Assembly (NCBI RefSeq): GCF_900635955.1
Contig: NZ_LR134201.1
Location: 403,426-435,425 of the forward strand
Origin: Cedecea lapagei
GTDB lineage: Bacteria; Pseudomonadota; Gammaproteobacteria; Enterobacterales; Enterobacteriaceae
DNA length: 32,000 nt
Direction: 5' to 3'
Part shown: positions 12,360 through 20,624 of the stretch, piece after piece
Numbering within the stretch: the stretch's first letter is position 1
Layout: each line of letters starts with the position of its first letter
Program-made: the position numbers and the translations under genes
Notes under the pieces: generated by a model
Told to the model about the DNA's origin: nothing
What the model saw: the letters and a program-made list of their open reading frames with translations, nothing else
The model's database searches: none

Positions 12360-12398
12360 CCGACAAGACGGTATCTCTCCCTAAAAGGGAGAGGGGCA

Positions 12399-13628
12399 TC
12401 AGTGGATAAACATCACCGACACACACAAAATCCCGACAATCAGCGTCAGCAGATTGGCCAGTGAACGCCACGGCTTAAGCGCGGGCACCAGATAAGTCGA
12501 CAGGGTTGGCATAATAAACAGAATCAGCGCGATAAGCGGCCCGCTGATGGCGTAAATCATCGCCAGAGCGTTCGGGTTGATATAACACACCACGAAGGTC
12601 AGCAGGGAAATCAACGTGATGGAAAGCGCCCGACAGAAGGCTCTGCTTTTACTCACGCCAGCGGCGCCCAGCGAGGATTTAACAATCGCCGTCGCCCCTT
12701 CAATCACGCCAAAATAGGTGCCCAGGAACGACTTGGACATCGCCACTATCGCGACGATAAAGCCTGAAATCCCCAGCCATGCCGGCGTACCCTGGACCAT
12801 CGACAGCGCTGAGAGGATCGTCAGACCCTGCGCCTTTGCCGCCGTAATATCCTCAGCCGGAATCGACAGGAAGCAGCTAAACACAAAGAACAGCACGCTG
12901 AGGCAAATCACGAAGTACGCCACGCGCATGATCTTCTTACTGTTATCCATTGCCCCTTCGCCGTGGCTTTCGCGCTGGGCCACCGCAAATGTCGAGATAA
13001 TCGGCGTGTGGCTGAAGGCAAAGACCATCACTGGAATCGACATCCAGATCTCACCCAGCGCGTGCCGGTCGAGCACCAGGCCCTCGGTGAGCAGGGATGT
13101 TTGCCAGCTGCTGGTTAAATATAAGGATAAAAACAGGAAGTAAGCAATCAGCGGGAATACCAGGAAGCCCATCACTTTGATGGTGACCTGCCGCCCCATC
13201 AGGAAGATGAGGTTCAGCGCCGCAACAACGCCGAGGCTGACCAGCACCCTGACGGTGGTGGTAATCGGCCCGTGTTTGGCCAGCTGCTCGATGAGGGAGT
13301 TGGTAATGGCGACGGCATAAATCAGGATCACCACAAAAAACGCCACAAAGTAGAGCCCGGTGATCAGGTTACCGATGGTTTTGCCGTAGTAATGGGTGAC
13401 GGCGCTGGTGATGCCGCCGCTGCCCGACGTTTTCGCCGACAGAATAAACTGACACAGCGCCCGGTGCGGCCAGTAGGTCAGCGGGTAGGCAATCAAGGCC
13501 GTCAGCAGGAGAACGATGGCCCCGGCGGAGCCGAGCTGAATAGGGAGAAAAAGGGTTCCTGCGCCCACGGCAGTACCATATAAGGCGAAACTCCACAAAG
13601 TTTCTTCTTTTGTCCAGAATTTGCGCAT
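12399..13628 (-). CDS. Hydroxy/aromatic amino acid permease (HAAAP) family transporter (SdaC/TdcC/YhjV-like)
   Basis: The 409-aa polytopic ORF has motifs shared with TdcC/SdaC: YGTAVGAGTLFLPIQLG, WPHRALCQF, VMVFAFSHTPIISTF, AKAQG, KSFLGTYFGVIEG. Confidence 0.8.
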   Translation of the reverse strand: MRKFWTKEETLWSFALYGTAVGAGTLFLPIQLGSAGAIVLLLTALIAYPLTYWPHRALCQFILSAKTSGSGGITSAVTHYYGKTIGNLITGLYFVAFFVVILIYAVAITNSLIEQLAKHGPITTTVRVLVSLGVVAALNLIFLMGRQVTIKVMGFLVFPLIAYFLFLSLYLTSSWQTSLLTEGLVLDRHALGEIWMSIPVMVFAFSHTPIISTFAVAQRESHGEGAMDNSKKIMRVAYFVICLSVLFFVFSCFLSIPAEDITAAKAQGLTILSALSMVQGTPAWLGISGFIVAIVAMSKSFLGTYFGVIEGATAIVKSSLGAAGVSKSRAFCRALSITLISLLTFVVCYINPNALAMIYAISGPLIALILFIMPTLSTYLVPALKPWRSLANLLTLIVGILCVSVMFIH

Positions 13629-13724
13629 TATTTAATCTTTTCTTCTGACTGATTTCCAAAAACCGGCGTAATCTAGCATAAAATCGCCGTTGTCAGTCAT
13701 GTGGCTGTTATTGCAGGTTTTATT

Positions 13725-14060
13725 ACCCTCACCCCGGCCCTCTCCCTGGAAGGGAGAGGGGGAAAGAAAGAAGTACTGGCGCAATTGATCGGGCAGAAAG
13801 AGAAAGATCCCCTCTCCCTGGAAGGGAGAGGGGGAAAGAAAGAAGTACTGGCTCAATTGAACGGGCAGAAAAAGAAAGATCCCTTCTCCCTGGAAGGGAG
13901 AACGGGAAAGAAAGAAGTACTGGCTCAATTGAACGGACAGAAAGAGAAAAGTCTCCTCTCCCTCGAAGGGAGAGGGGGAAAGAGAGAAGTACTGGCGCAA
14001 TTGAACGGGCAGAAAAAGAAAAGTCCCCTCTCCCTTGAGGGAGAGGGTCAGGGTGAGGGG
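13725..14060. repeat. Tandem array: exact 72-bp period, 4 full units plus a terminal hairpin, each unit a REP-like hairpin plus a 47-nt purine-rich spacer
   Basis: The motif tctccct(g/c/t)g recurs at 13740, 13812, 13884, 13956 and 14028, each exactly 72 bp apart. The hairpin is ccctctccc-tggaa-gggagaggg. The spacers (gaaagaaagaagtactggc.caattgaacgggcagaaa.agaaa..tc) are about 90-95% identical to each other. The array is bracketed by outer arms ccctcacccc (left) and gggtgaggggg (right). Confidence 0.9.
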
Positions 14061-14073
14061 GAAATGACGAAAC

Positions 14074-15576
14074 CTAGCGCTTACGCCCCCCCATAATGCT
14101 GCCCAGCACGCCGCGAATAATCTGGTTCGTGACCTGCCTTGCAGCGCTCTTCGCCATCGTCTGCACCACGCCGTCGCGCTTGCCGCCTCGCGGCCCGGTG
14201 CTGCCAAACAGGATGTCTTTTAGCCCGCCGAGAATACCGTCATCCACCTCCACGCTTTGGCCTCTGGCCGGGGGCGCATCCTGCTTATCGCCCGCGGCCT
14301 GTACGCCTTTCTGCAGCATTTCGTAGGCCGATTCCCGGTCAATCGCTTCGTCATACTTGCCGTACAGCGGGGAGTGGTTCAGCAGGCCATTGCGCTCGTC
14401 GTCCGTTACCGGCCCCATGCGCGAACAGGGAGCGATGACCATCGCACGCTCGACGACCGACGGGCTACCTTTGGCATCCAGGAAGGAAATCAGCGCCTCG
14501 CCGGTGCCCAGCTCCTGAATGGCTTTTTCGGTGTCGAAAGCCGGATTAGCCCGCATGGTCTGCGCCGCCGCTTTCACCGCCTTCTGGTCTTTTGGCGTAA
14601 AGGCGCGCAGGGCGTGCTGAACGCGGTTGCCGAGCTGGCCGAGCACGATATCGGGGATGTCGGACGGGTTTTGCGTCACGAAGTACACGCCCACGCCTTT
14701 GGAGCGGATCAGGCGGATCACCTGCTCGACTTTGTCCAGCAGGACCTGCGGAGCGTCGTTAAACAGCAGGTGAGCTTCATCGAAGAAGAAGACCAGCTTA
14801 GGCTTATCGAGATCGCCCGCTTCCGGCAGCTGCTCGTAAAGCTCGGACAGCATCCACAGCAGGCTGGCGGCGTAGAGCTTCGGCATCTGGTAGAGCTTTT
14901 CCGCCGACAGGATGTTGATGATCCCTTTGCCGTTAGAGTCGGTGCGCATCCAGTCTTTGATATCCAGCATCGGCTCGCCGAAGAAGTACTCTGCGCCCTG
15001 CTGCTCGAGGGAAAGTAGCCCGCGCTGGATGGCGCCCACCGAGGCGCTGCTGATATTGCCGTACTGCGTCTGGAAGGATTTGGCGTTATCGCCGATGTAC
15101 TGGGTTAAGGCGCGCAGATCTTTAAAATCCAGCAGCAGCAGGCCCTGGTCGTCCGAAATGCGGAAGATAATTTGCAGCACGCCGCTTTGCACGTCGTTCA
15201 GGTTAAGCAGGCGAGCTAAAAGCAATGGCCCAAGGTCAGACACGGTGGCGCGAACCGGATGGCCTTTTTCCCCAAAGATGTCCCATAGCACGACCGGGTT
15301 GCCGTGCGGGGACCAGTCCGTCACGCCGATATTGGCGAGCCGGGCCAGCAGCTTCTCTGACTCTGCGCCTTCTTCGGCAACGCCGGTTAAGTCTCCCTTC
15401 ACGTCGGCCATAAACACCGGCACGCCGATCTCCGAGAATGACTCTGCCAGCTTTTGCAGCGTGACGGTTTTGCCCGTCCCGGTTGCGCCGGTGATAAGTC
15501 CGTGGCGGTTGGCCATGTTGGGCAGAATATGCAGTTCAGTCTCTTTGGTTCTGGCAATCAGCAGTGGTTCAGTCAT
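14074..15576 (-). CDS. yjgR: DUF853-family P-loop NTPase YjgR (HerA-like ATPase)
   Basis: Starting at ATG 15576 ([12 protein letters not shown]...) gives 500 aa, the E. coli YjgR length. It has Walker A GATGTGKT and Walker [10 protein letters not shown]. The 24 upstream codons of the ORF-track entry are taken to be non-coding. Confidence 0.9.
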   Translation of the reverse strand: MTEPLLIARTKETELHILPNMANRHGLITGATGTGKTVTLQKLAESFSEIGVPVFMADVKGDLTGVAEEGAESEKLLARLANIGVTDWSPHGNPVVLWDIFGEKGHPVRATVSDLGPLLLARLLNLNDVQSGVLQIIFRISDDQGLLLLDFKDLRALTQYIGDNAKSFQTQYGNISSASVGAIQRGLLSLEQQGAEYFFGEPMLDIKDWMRTDSNGKGIINILSAEKLYQMPKLYAASLLWMLSELYEQLPEAGDLDKPKLVFFFDEAHLLFNDAPQVLLDKVEQVIRLIRSKGVGVYFVTQNPSDIPDIVLGQLGNRVQHALRAFTPKDQKAVKAAAQTMRANPAFDTEKAIQELGTGEALISFLDAKGSPSVVERAMVIAPCSRMGPVTDDERNGLLNHSPLYGKYDEAIDRESAYEMLQKGVQAAGDKQDAPPARGQSVEVDDGILGGLKDILFGSTGPRGGKRDGVVQTMAKSAARQVTNQIIRGVLGSIMGGRKR

Positions 15577-15713
15577 CAGCGTTTCCCTGTGGCAACATTT
15601 GTCTAAAGCATAGCTTTCCGCACGAATTGAGCATCGGGATCTTCCCATGTTTACCCCGGAGGTCGGGCAAAGGGCTATGCTTTGCAGACCTCTTTCTGAA
15701 TACAGGGAAAGCT

Positions 15714-17354
15714 ATGTCCAGATTCTTTTATAACGATCGTAAGCAGCTGGTCAACGATGCCATCGAAGGCGTGATTATCAGTTCCCGCCACCGCAACCTT
15801 GTGCGCCTGGATATTGACCCCGCCATTCGCGTAGTCGCCCGCAGCGACTGGGACAAAAGCAAAGTCGCGATTATCTCCGGCGGCGGCTCGGGCCATGAAC
15901 CAGCGCACGTCGGCTTTGTTGGCAAAGGGATGCTGACCGCTGCGGTATGCGGCGACCTGTTTGCCTCGCCGAGCGTGGACGCTGTACTGAACGCCATTGT
16001 CGGCGTTACCGGCGACCGCGGCTGCCTGCTTATCGTCAAAAACTACACCGGGGACCGGCTGAACTTCGGCCTGGCCGCCGAGAAAGCCAAAAGGCACGGC
16101 CTGAAGGTCGAGATGGTGATCGTCGGGGACGACATCTCGCTACCGGATAACAAACAGCCGCGCGGCATCGCCGGAACGGCATTAGTCCACAAAATTGCGG
16201 GCTATGCCGCAGAGCAGGGTAAATCTCTTGGTGACGTGCGTGACATCGCGCAAAAGGCCTGCGACAGCATTGCCAGCATGGGCGTGGCGATGCAAACCTG
16301 CAACCTGCCGGGCAGCGATGAAGAAGAAGGGCGCATTAAAGGCGGCCACGTCGAGCTTGGGCTGGGCATTCACGGCGAGCCGGGTGCCAGCACGGTAGAT
16401 ACTCAAAACAGCAAAGAAGTGATCGCCACGCTGGTGAAGCACCTGGGTAAAGCGACGGGTAAAGAGAGCGAGCTGGCGGTGCTGATCAACAACCTCGGCG
16501 GCGTCTCGTCGCTGGAAATGGCGCTGCTGACCAAAGAGCTGATGCACTCGGAACTCGGCTCGCAGATCAAATACCTTATCGGCCCCGCGCCGCTGGTTAG
16601 CGCCCTCGACATGAAAGGTTTCTCGCTCTCCACCATTAAGCTGACTCCGGACTTTATCAAGGCGCTGGAGTCAGACGTGGAAACCGCAGGCTGGCAGCCG
16701 ATGGTGAAATACCACAAGATGCCGGCGCAGAAGCAGCCGGCAATCCGGGAAGACCATACGGTTAAAGCGTCTGCTAACGAGGACGTGAAAGCGCTGGTGG
16801 CCAGCGTGACCCAAACGCTGATCGCCCAGGAGAATCATCTCAACGCGCTGGATGCCAAAGTGGGCGACGGCGATACCGGCTCAACCTTTGCCGAAGGCGC
16901 ACGCGACATCGCCAACCTGAACGACAAAGGCAAGCTGCCGCTGAACGACGCCGCCGCGCTGCTTGGGCTGGTGGGCGAGCGGCTCGCCACCGTGATGGGT
17001 GGCTCCAGCGGCGTGCTGATGTCGATCTTCTTTACCGCAGCCGGGCAGAAAGTTGGCGAGAAACAGCCGCTGGCCGAATCCCTGCTGTTTGGCCTGGCGC
17101 AAATGAAGCGCTACGGCGGCGCGGATCTGGGTGACAGAACGCTGATCGACGCCCTGCAGCCGGCGCTGGAAGCGTTAAGGGATAAAGACCTGAAGGCCGC
17201 CGCGAAGGCAGCAGAGAAGGGTGCGGAAGAGACGGCGAAGATGCAAAAAGCCAACGCCGGTCGCTCATCCTACGTGAACAGCGATAATCTGGAAGGGGTA
17301 AAAGACCCGGGGGCAGTCGCCGTAGCGGCGGTGTTTGCCGGGCTAGTGAAGTAA
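15714..17354 (+). CDS. dhaK: ATP-dependent dihydroxyacetone kinase (fused DhaK-DhaL, Citrobacter Dak type)
   Basis: Starting at ATG 15714 (MSRFFYNDRKQLVNDAIEG...) gives 546 aa. The Dak1 motifs are ISGGGSGHEPAH and KNYTGDRLNF. The Dak2 motif is DAKVGDGDTGST. The upstream 50 codons of the track ORF overlap the yjgR start. Confidence 0.9.
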   Translation: MSRFFYNDRKQLVNDAIEGVIISSRHRNLVRLDIDPAIRVVARSDWDKSKVAIISGGGSGHEPAHVGFVGKGMLTAAVCGDLFASPSVDAVLNAIVGVTGDRGCLLIVKNYTGDRLNFGLAAEKAKRHGLKVEMVIVGDDISLPDNKQPRGIAGTALVHKIAGYAAEQGKSLGDVRDIAQKACDSIASMGVAMQTCNLPGSDEEEGRIKGGHVELGLGIHGEPGASTVDTQNSKEVIATLVKHLGKATGKESELAVLINNLGGVSSLEMALLTKELMHSELGSQIKYLIGPAPLVSALDMKGFSLSTIKLTPDFIKALESDVETAGWQPMVKYHKMPAQKQPAIREDHTVKASANEDVKALVASVTQTLIAQENHLNALDAKVGDGDTGSTFAEGARDIANLNDKGKLPLNDAAALLGLVGERLATVMGGSSGVLMSIFFTAAGQKVGEKQPLAESLLFGLAQMKRYGGADLGDRTLIDALQPALEALRDKDLKAAAKAAEKGAEETAKMQKANAGRSSYVNSDNLEGVKDPGAVAVAAVFAGLVK

Positions 17355-17355
17355 C

Positions 17356-17383
17356 TAAAAAGGCTCCCTCGGGAGCCTTTCTT
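17356..17383. terminator. Bidirectional hairpin terminator between dhaK and ahr
   Basis: The sequence is aaaa-aggctcc-ctcg-ggagcct-ttt (stem 17361-17367 / 17372-17378), with an A-run upstream and a T-run downstream. Confidence 0.65.
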
Positions 17384-17386
17384 ACA

Positions 17387-18406
17387 TCAGAAATCCACTT
17401 TCAACACCACGCGATAGCGGGCTTTGCCGTCCCGCACGTGCTGGATGGCCTCGTTGATTTTCGACATCGGATACAGCTCGATCTGCGGCTGCACCTTCGT
17501 GCGGCCCGCCAGCTTCATCAGCGAACGCAGCTCGTGCGGAGAACCGGTTGCCGACCCGGAGACACTGCGGTCGCCGCCAATCAGGGTGAAGGCCGGTACC
17601 TTGAGCGGCTTCATCACCACGCCGACGGTATGGAAGTTTCCGCCGAACGCCAACGCCTTGAAGTATGGCATCCAGTCGAGATCGACGTTGACGGTATTGA
17701 TGATCAGATCGAACTGGCCTGCCAGCGCGGTTAACGCTTCCGGATCGCGGCTGTTCACCACTTTATCGGCACCCATCGCCAGCACTTCTTCTTTTTTGGA
17801 AGGGTTAGAGCTGAACGCCGTCACCTCGCAGCCCATGGCGTGCAGCAGCTTGATGGCGATATGCCCTAGGCCGCCGATGCCTATCACGCCCACGCGGCTG
17901 GTGGCGGTGACGTGGTGCATCAGCAGCGGTTTAAACACCGTTATGCCGCCGCACAGCAGCGGCCCGGCGGATTCGATATCGATGGACTCCGGCAGCGGGA
18001 TCGCCCATTGCCAGTCGGCACGAATTTTATCGGCGAAGCCGCCGCGGTTGACGATGGTGGGGACGCTGCCTTCCTGACAGTTGACCTGGCTGCCGCTGAT
18101 GCAGGCGTCGCAGTGGCCGCAGCTTCTCGCCGTCCAGCCGATGCCGACGCGTTGCCCAACTTTCAGCCCTTTATTCTGTGCCGCCGAGCCCAGCGCATGT
18201 ACGCGCCCAATCACCTCATGCCCGGCGACCAGCGGATACTGCGAGAACCCCCATTCGTTATCGATCATCGACAGGTCCGAATGGCAGATGCCGCAGTATT
18301 CGACCTTAACCTCGACGTCTTCCGGCAGCAGATCGCCCGCGTCGAAATCCTGAAGCGCCAGCTCCGCACCGGCCTTTGGCGCGGCATAACTTTTGATAAC
18401 AGACAT
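17387..18406 (-). CDS. ahr: NADPH-dependent aldehyde reductase Ahr (YjgB), Zn-dependent MDR family
   Basis: Starting at ATG 18406 ([13 protein letters not shown]...) gives 339 aa, the E. coli Ahr length. The match is near-collinear ([31 protein letters not shown]...[14 protein letters not shown]). Confidence 0.93.
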   Translation of the reverse strand: MSVIKSYAAPKAGAELALQDFDAGDLLPEDVEVKVEYCGICHSDLSMIDNEWGFSQYPLVAGHEVIGRVHALGSAAQNKGLKVGQRVGIGWTARSCGHCDACISGSQVNCQEGSVPTIVNRGGFADKIRADWQWAIPLPESIDIESAGPLLCGGITVFKPLLMHHVTATSRVGVIGIGGLGHIAIKLLHAMGCEVTAFSSNPSKKEEVLAMGADKVVNSRDPEALTALAGQFDLIINTVNVDLDWMPYFKALAFGGNFHTVGVVMKPLKVPAFTLIGGDRSVSGSATGSPHELRSLMKLAGRTKVQPQIELYPMSKINEAIQHVRDGKARYRVVLKVDF

Positions 18407-18527
18407 TCGCTCTTCCTCTGTATTGGCTCTGCAACCAGTGTAGAACATTGGGCGTGGGATGCGATCTGTCCCGGCCCGATGATGGCGATTCGCACAGGAG
18501 AAGTGGTGGGGTTTGGCATGGGGCAAG

Positions 18528-19106
18528 TTAGCGGCGAATAAGAATAACGTTCAGCCATCGCTCATCCCGGTCAGGGCGAACATCGCGAGTGAGCCATTGC
18601 TCTGCTATCTCCAGCTCCGGCGGATCCTTTAACAAGGCTGTTAGCCTTGCCTCGTTGATATCGGTAAAGCTGCGGCCATCCTTCTCCCGTTCGCTATCGC
18701 CGTATTTAAACGAGAAGTACCAGATGCCTCCGGGTTTTAAGGCCGTCGCCAGCTTCTGCATCGTGCCGGGTAGCTGTGCAAAAGGCACATGCAGCAGCGA
18801 GGCGCAGCACCATATACCGTCGTACTCTTGCTGCGCATCTACATCGGCAAACGTCATTTGCCTCACCGGCAGACCGCTATGCTCTCGTGCCAGCATCACC
18901 AGTTCAGAAGATGCGTCGAAGGCATCTACCTGAAAGCCCATCTGCGTGAAGGCCAGCGCGTCCCGCCCGGAGCCGCACCCTGCATCCAGCACTTTTGCAC
19001 GGGCAGACAGGCGGCTGGTAAATGCGGCATACAGCGAGGACATATCCACGTTCACCGTGCCGTCGAAGAAGGCTTGGGCGTGGGTCTGGTAATAATCCTG
19101 GGGCAT
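18528..19106 (-). CDS. Class I SAM-dependent methyltransferase (small-molecule/TehB-UbiE-like fold)
   Basis: The 192-aa ORF has motif [16 protein letters not shown] and post-I DAFD, plus [12 protein letters not shown] and [11 protein letters not shown]. Its start codon overlaps the stop of the upstream HNH gene by 1 nt (TGATG). Confidence 0.8.
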   Translation of the reverse strand: MPQDYYQTHAQAFFDGTVNVDMSSLYAAFTSRLSARAKVLDAGCGSGRDALAFTQMGFQVDAFDASSELVMLAREHSGLPVRQMTFADVDAQQEYDGIWCCASLLHVPFAQLPGTMQKLATALKPGGIWYFSFKYGDSEREKDGRSFTDINEARLTALLKDPPELEIAEQWLTRDVRPDRDERWLNVILIRR

Positions 19107-20113
19107 CAGAAGGTAGCCTCTGCTTCCGTTTCGGGTTTCCAGGTATGAAATGCCCGCTCGTTTTTAACCACCTGCCAGTTAGCTTTGAGGAAGGCGAGGC
19201 GCTGTGCGGGGTTCTTACCGGTTTGCTGAACGATGGTCTGGTGGAGAGGCAGTTTACTCTGAATGAAAAATTCATTCCTGGTGTTCAGCCGCTCCAGATA
19301 ATTTAATTCCGCCAGGCGCGAGGATTTGCGGCTGTTACAGCTTTTGCAGGCAAGCACCAGGTTCCACACGCCGTTGATGTTCGGCACGTAGCTCCGGCCC
19401 GCCCAAGGAATGAAGTGGTCCACGTCTGCGAGCTGCTCATCGCCCGATTGGATGCTTATTGGCCTGTAGCAGTAGAAGCAGGAGCCTTTCTGGTAGCCGT
19501 TGATGCTGTCCCGGCAGCTGGTGATATTGACCCGGCGCTCGTTCACTCTGCTGAAGAGCAGGTTGTCTTCTGCGCTGTACTCCACGGCAACGAGATTGGT
19601 GGAAATGCCCGTCGCCCAGGCATGCTCCACCAGACGCCAGCGTGCTTCCGTCTCGATAATCAGGTTCTGGTACTGCTGCCGCTCGGCAAGCTGGTAGAAA
19701 TTATCCGTCAGCCGAATACCTTTATGCGTTTTGCGCTCGTCCAGGAAGAAGCGTTTATCCAGCTCCGCGAAATTCACGTTGTGAAAGGCATCAATCACGT
19801 TATTAAAACCGTCCCGCACCGTGGCCTCCAGGAGTGCGTTCAGAGTGAGTTCACCCCGGTTAAATTGCTCGCAGACGGCCAGGTACTTGCTGCTGGCGGA
19901 AGTGATTTGCTTTGGGGCATGGAGAAGATGCCTGCACAGATGCTGGCTGAACGGGAGCGCGAGCGCCTCCAGGGTAACCAGATCGCTGCCGGATTTATCT
20001 GTCTCATACAGGGCGTGCGCGAGGGCAAATTTGTAAGATGCGACGTTCTTTCCAAAAAGGATAACGCCGCGCCAGTAGTTCTCGAGCGCACGATCGTGCT
20101 GGATGAAATCCAT
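19106..20113 (-). CDS. HNH endonuclease-domain protein with an uncharacterised ~230-aa N-terminal domain
   Basis: Starting at ATG 20113 (MDFIQHDRALENYW...) gives 335 aa. The C-terminal zinc-finger HNH reads CFYC...DVDHFIPW...NGVWNLVLACKSCNSRK. The 52 upstream codons in the track ORF look non-coding. Confidence 0.78.
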   Translation of the reverse strand: MDFIQHDRALENYWRGVILFGKNVASYKFALAHALYETDKSGSDLVTLEALALPFSQHLCRHLLHAPKQITSASSKYLAVCEQFNRGELTLNALLEATVRDGFNNVIDAFHNVNFAELDKRFFLDERKTHKGIRLTDNFYQLAERQQYQNLIIETEARWRLVEHAWATGISTNLVAVEYSAEDNLLFSRVNERRVNITSCRDSINGYQKGSCFYCYRPISIQSGDEQLADVDHFIPWAGRSYVPNINGVWNLVLACKSCNSRKSSRLAELNYLERLNTRNEFFIQSKLPLHQTIVQQTGKNPAQRLAFLKANWQVVKNERAFHTWKPETEAEATF

Positions 20114-20320
20114 ACGTGTCCTGTTACGGTTTGGCGGTGCAAGGGGATGGGTACGAAAACCCGTAACTGGATCACATAACAAATGAAAGCTGATGTAAAC
20201 CGTAGAGCGATAGATTTGCTGAATGTGTGAGGTGGAGGAGTGCTTATCAGATGGGGAAGGGTATTCCAAATGGGAGCGCTGAAAAATTCAGCACTTAACA
20301 ACACTTAGGAACCGCGCCGC

Positions 20321-20348
20321 TTGCAAGGCCGCCTGCGACAGGTATAAT
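20321..20348 (+). promoter_or_regulatory. Sigma70 promoter of leuX
   Basis: The -35 TTGCAA (20321-20326) and the -10 TATAAT (20343-20348) are separated by a 16-bp spacer. The -10 lies about 29 nt upstream of the tRNA 5' end. Confidence 0.65.
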
Positions 20349-20376
20349 CCACAACGTTTCCGCATACCCCTTCAGT

Positions 20377-20461
20377 GCCGAAGTGGCGAAATCGGTAGAC
20401 GCAGTTGATTCAAAATCAACCGTAGAGATACGTGCCGGTTCGAGTCCGGCCTTCGGCACCA
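20377..20461 (+). tRNA. leuX: tRNA-Leu (anticodon CAA)
   Basis: The 85-nt sequence GCCGAAGTGGCGAAATCGGTAGACGCAGTTGATTCAAAATCAACCGTAGAGATACGTGCCGGTTCGAGTCCGGCCTTCGGCACCA has anticodon CAA at 20411-20413, a long variable arm and an encoded CCA. It is essentially identical to E. coli leuX as I recall it. Confidence 0.97.
20442..20461 (+). repeat. attL core (3' end of leuX), direct repeat of 31466-31485
   Basis: gagtccggccttcggcacca here compares with gagtccggccttcgcaccat at 31466-31485. They are identical over the 20 aligned bases apart from one deleted G in the distal copy. Confidence 0.8.
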
Positions 20462-20624
20462 TTAGTACTTCCAAGACTATCCGAGAAAGTCCAATTTTCC
20501 CTTAAAAATCAATGCTTGTAGTGTTTATTACGTCCTGCATCGTCCGAGATAGTCCGTTGAAATCCGGGGGGCACTGGGGGCATAATTGGGGGCATCTTAA
20601 CTTCGATTAGAAATGTGCCCCCAA

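Larger units (their letters stand above)
11195..12374 (+). mobile_element. IS110-family insertion sequence (IS621-like architecture: about 205-nt non-coding left end plus DEDD transposase); ends are inferred
   Basis: The transposase ORF fills 11400-12359. Joining the left flank ...gatcctcccc (to 11194) to the right flank ctctccctaaaagggagagggg (from 12375) rebuilds a perfect REP-like hairpin between the convergent lptG and permease stops. No terminal inverted repeats are seen, as is usual for IS110. Confidence 0.7.

Noticed and set aside
12052-12471. A 139-aa minus-strand ORF bridging the IS110 right end and the permease 3' end
   Set aside because: It is antisense to the transposase, crosses the IS/chromosome junction and the REP hairpin, and overlaps the permease stop. 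It is an artefact.
13725-14060. Possible CRISPR array (regularly spaced palindromic repeats)
   Set aside because: The intervening 47-nt segments are about 90-95% identical to each other rather than unique spacers. There are no cas genes nearby, and the repeat belongs to the genome's REP family.
13632-14207. A 191-aa minus-strand ORF and a 131-aa plus-strand ORF (13701-14096) made of 24-aa repeats
   Set aside because: Both are translations of the 72-bp palindromic tandem repeat. They overlap each other and the yjgR 3' end, lack convincing starts or SD sequences, and contain the REP-derived peptide motifs (LTLTLSLKGEG, SLEGRGG). I treat them as non-coding and flag the open frames only in the repeat finding.
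15577-15713. N-terminal extensions of the track ORFs for yjgR (to 15648), dhaK (from 15564), ahr (to 18526) and the HNH gene (to 20269)
   Set aside because: In each case an internal ATG reproduces the conserved N-terminus and the known protein length (500, 546 and 339 aa). The extensions overlap the divergent neighbour or the promoter region and have no homology-like sequence.
18528-19106. Interpreting the 192-aa methyltransferase plus HNH as a classical type II restriction-modification system
   Set aside because: The methyltransferase is too small. It shows only the generic class I SAM-binding motifs and none of the DNA-MTase catalytic motifs ((D/N)PP(Y/F/W) or PCQ). It is kept as an open question rather than an R-M call.
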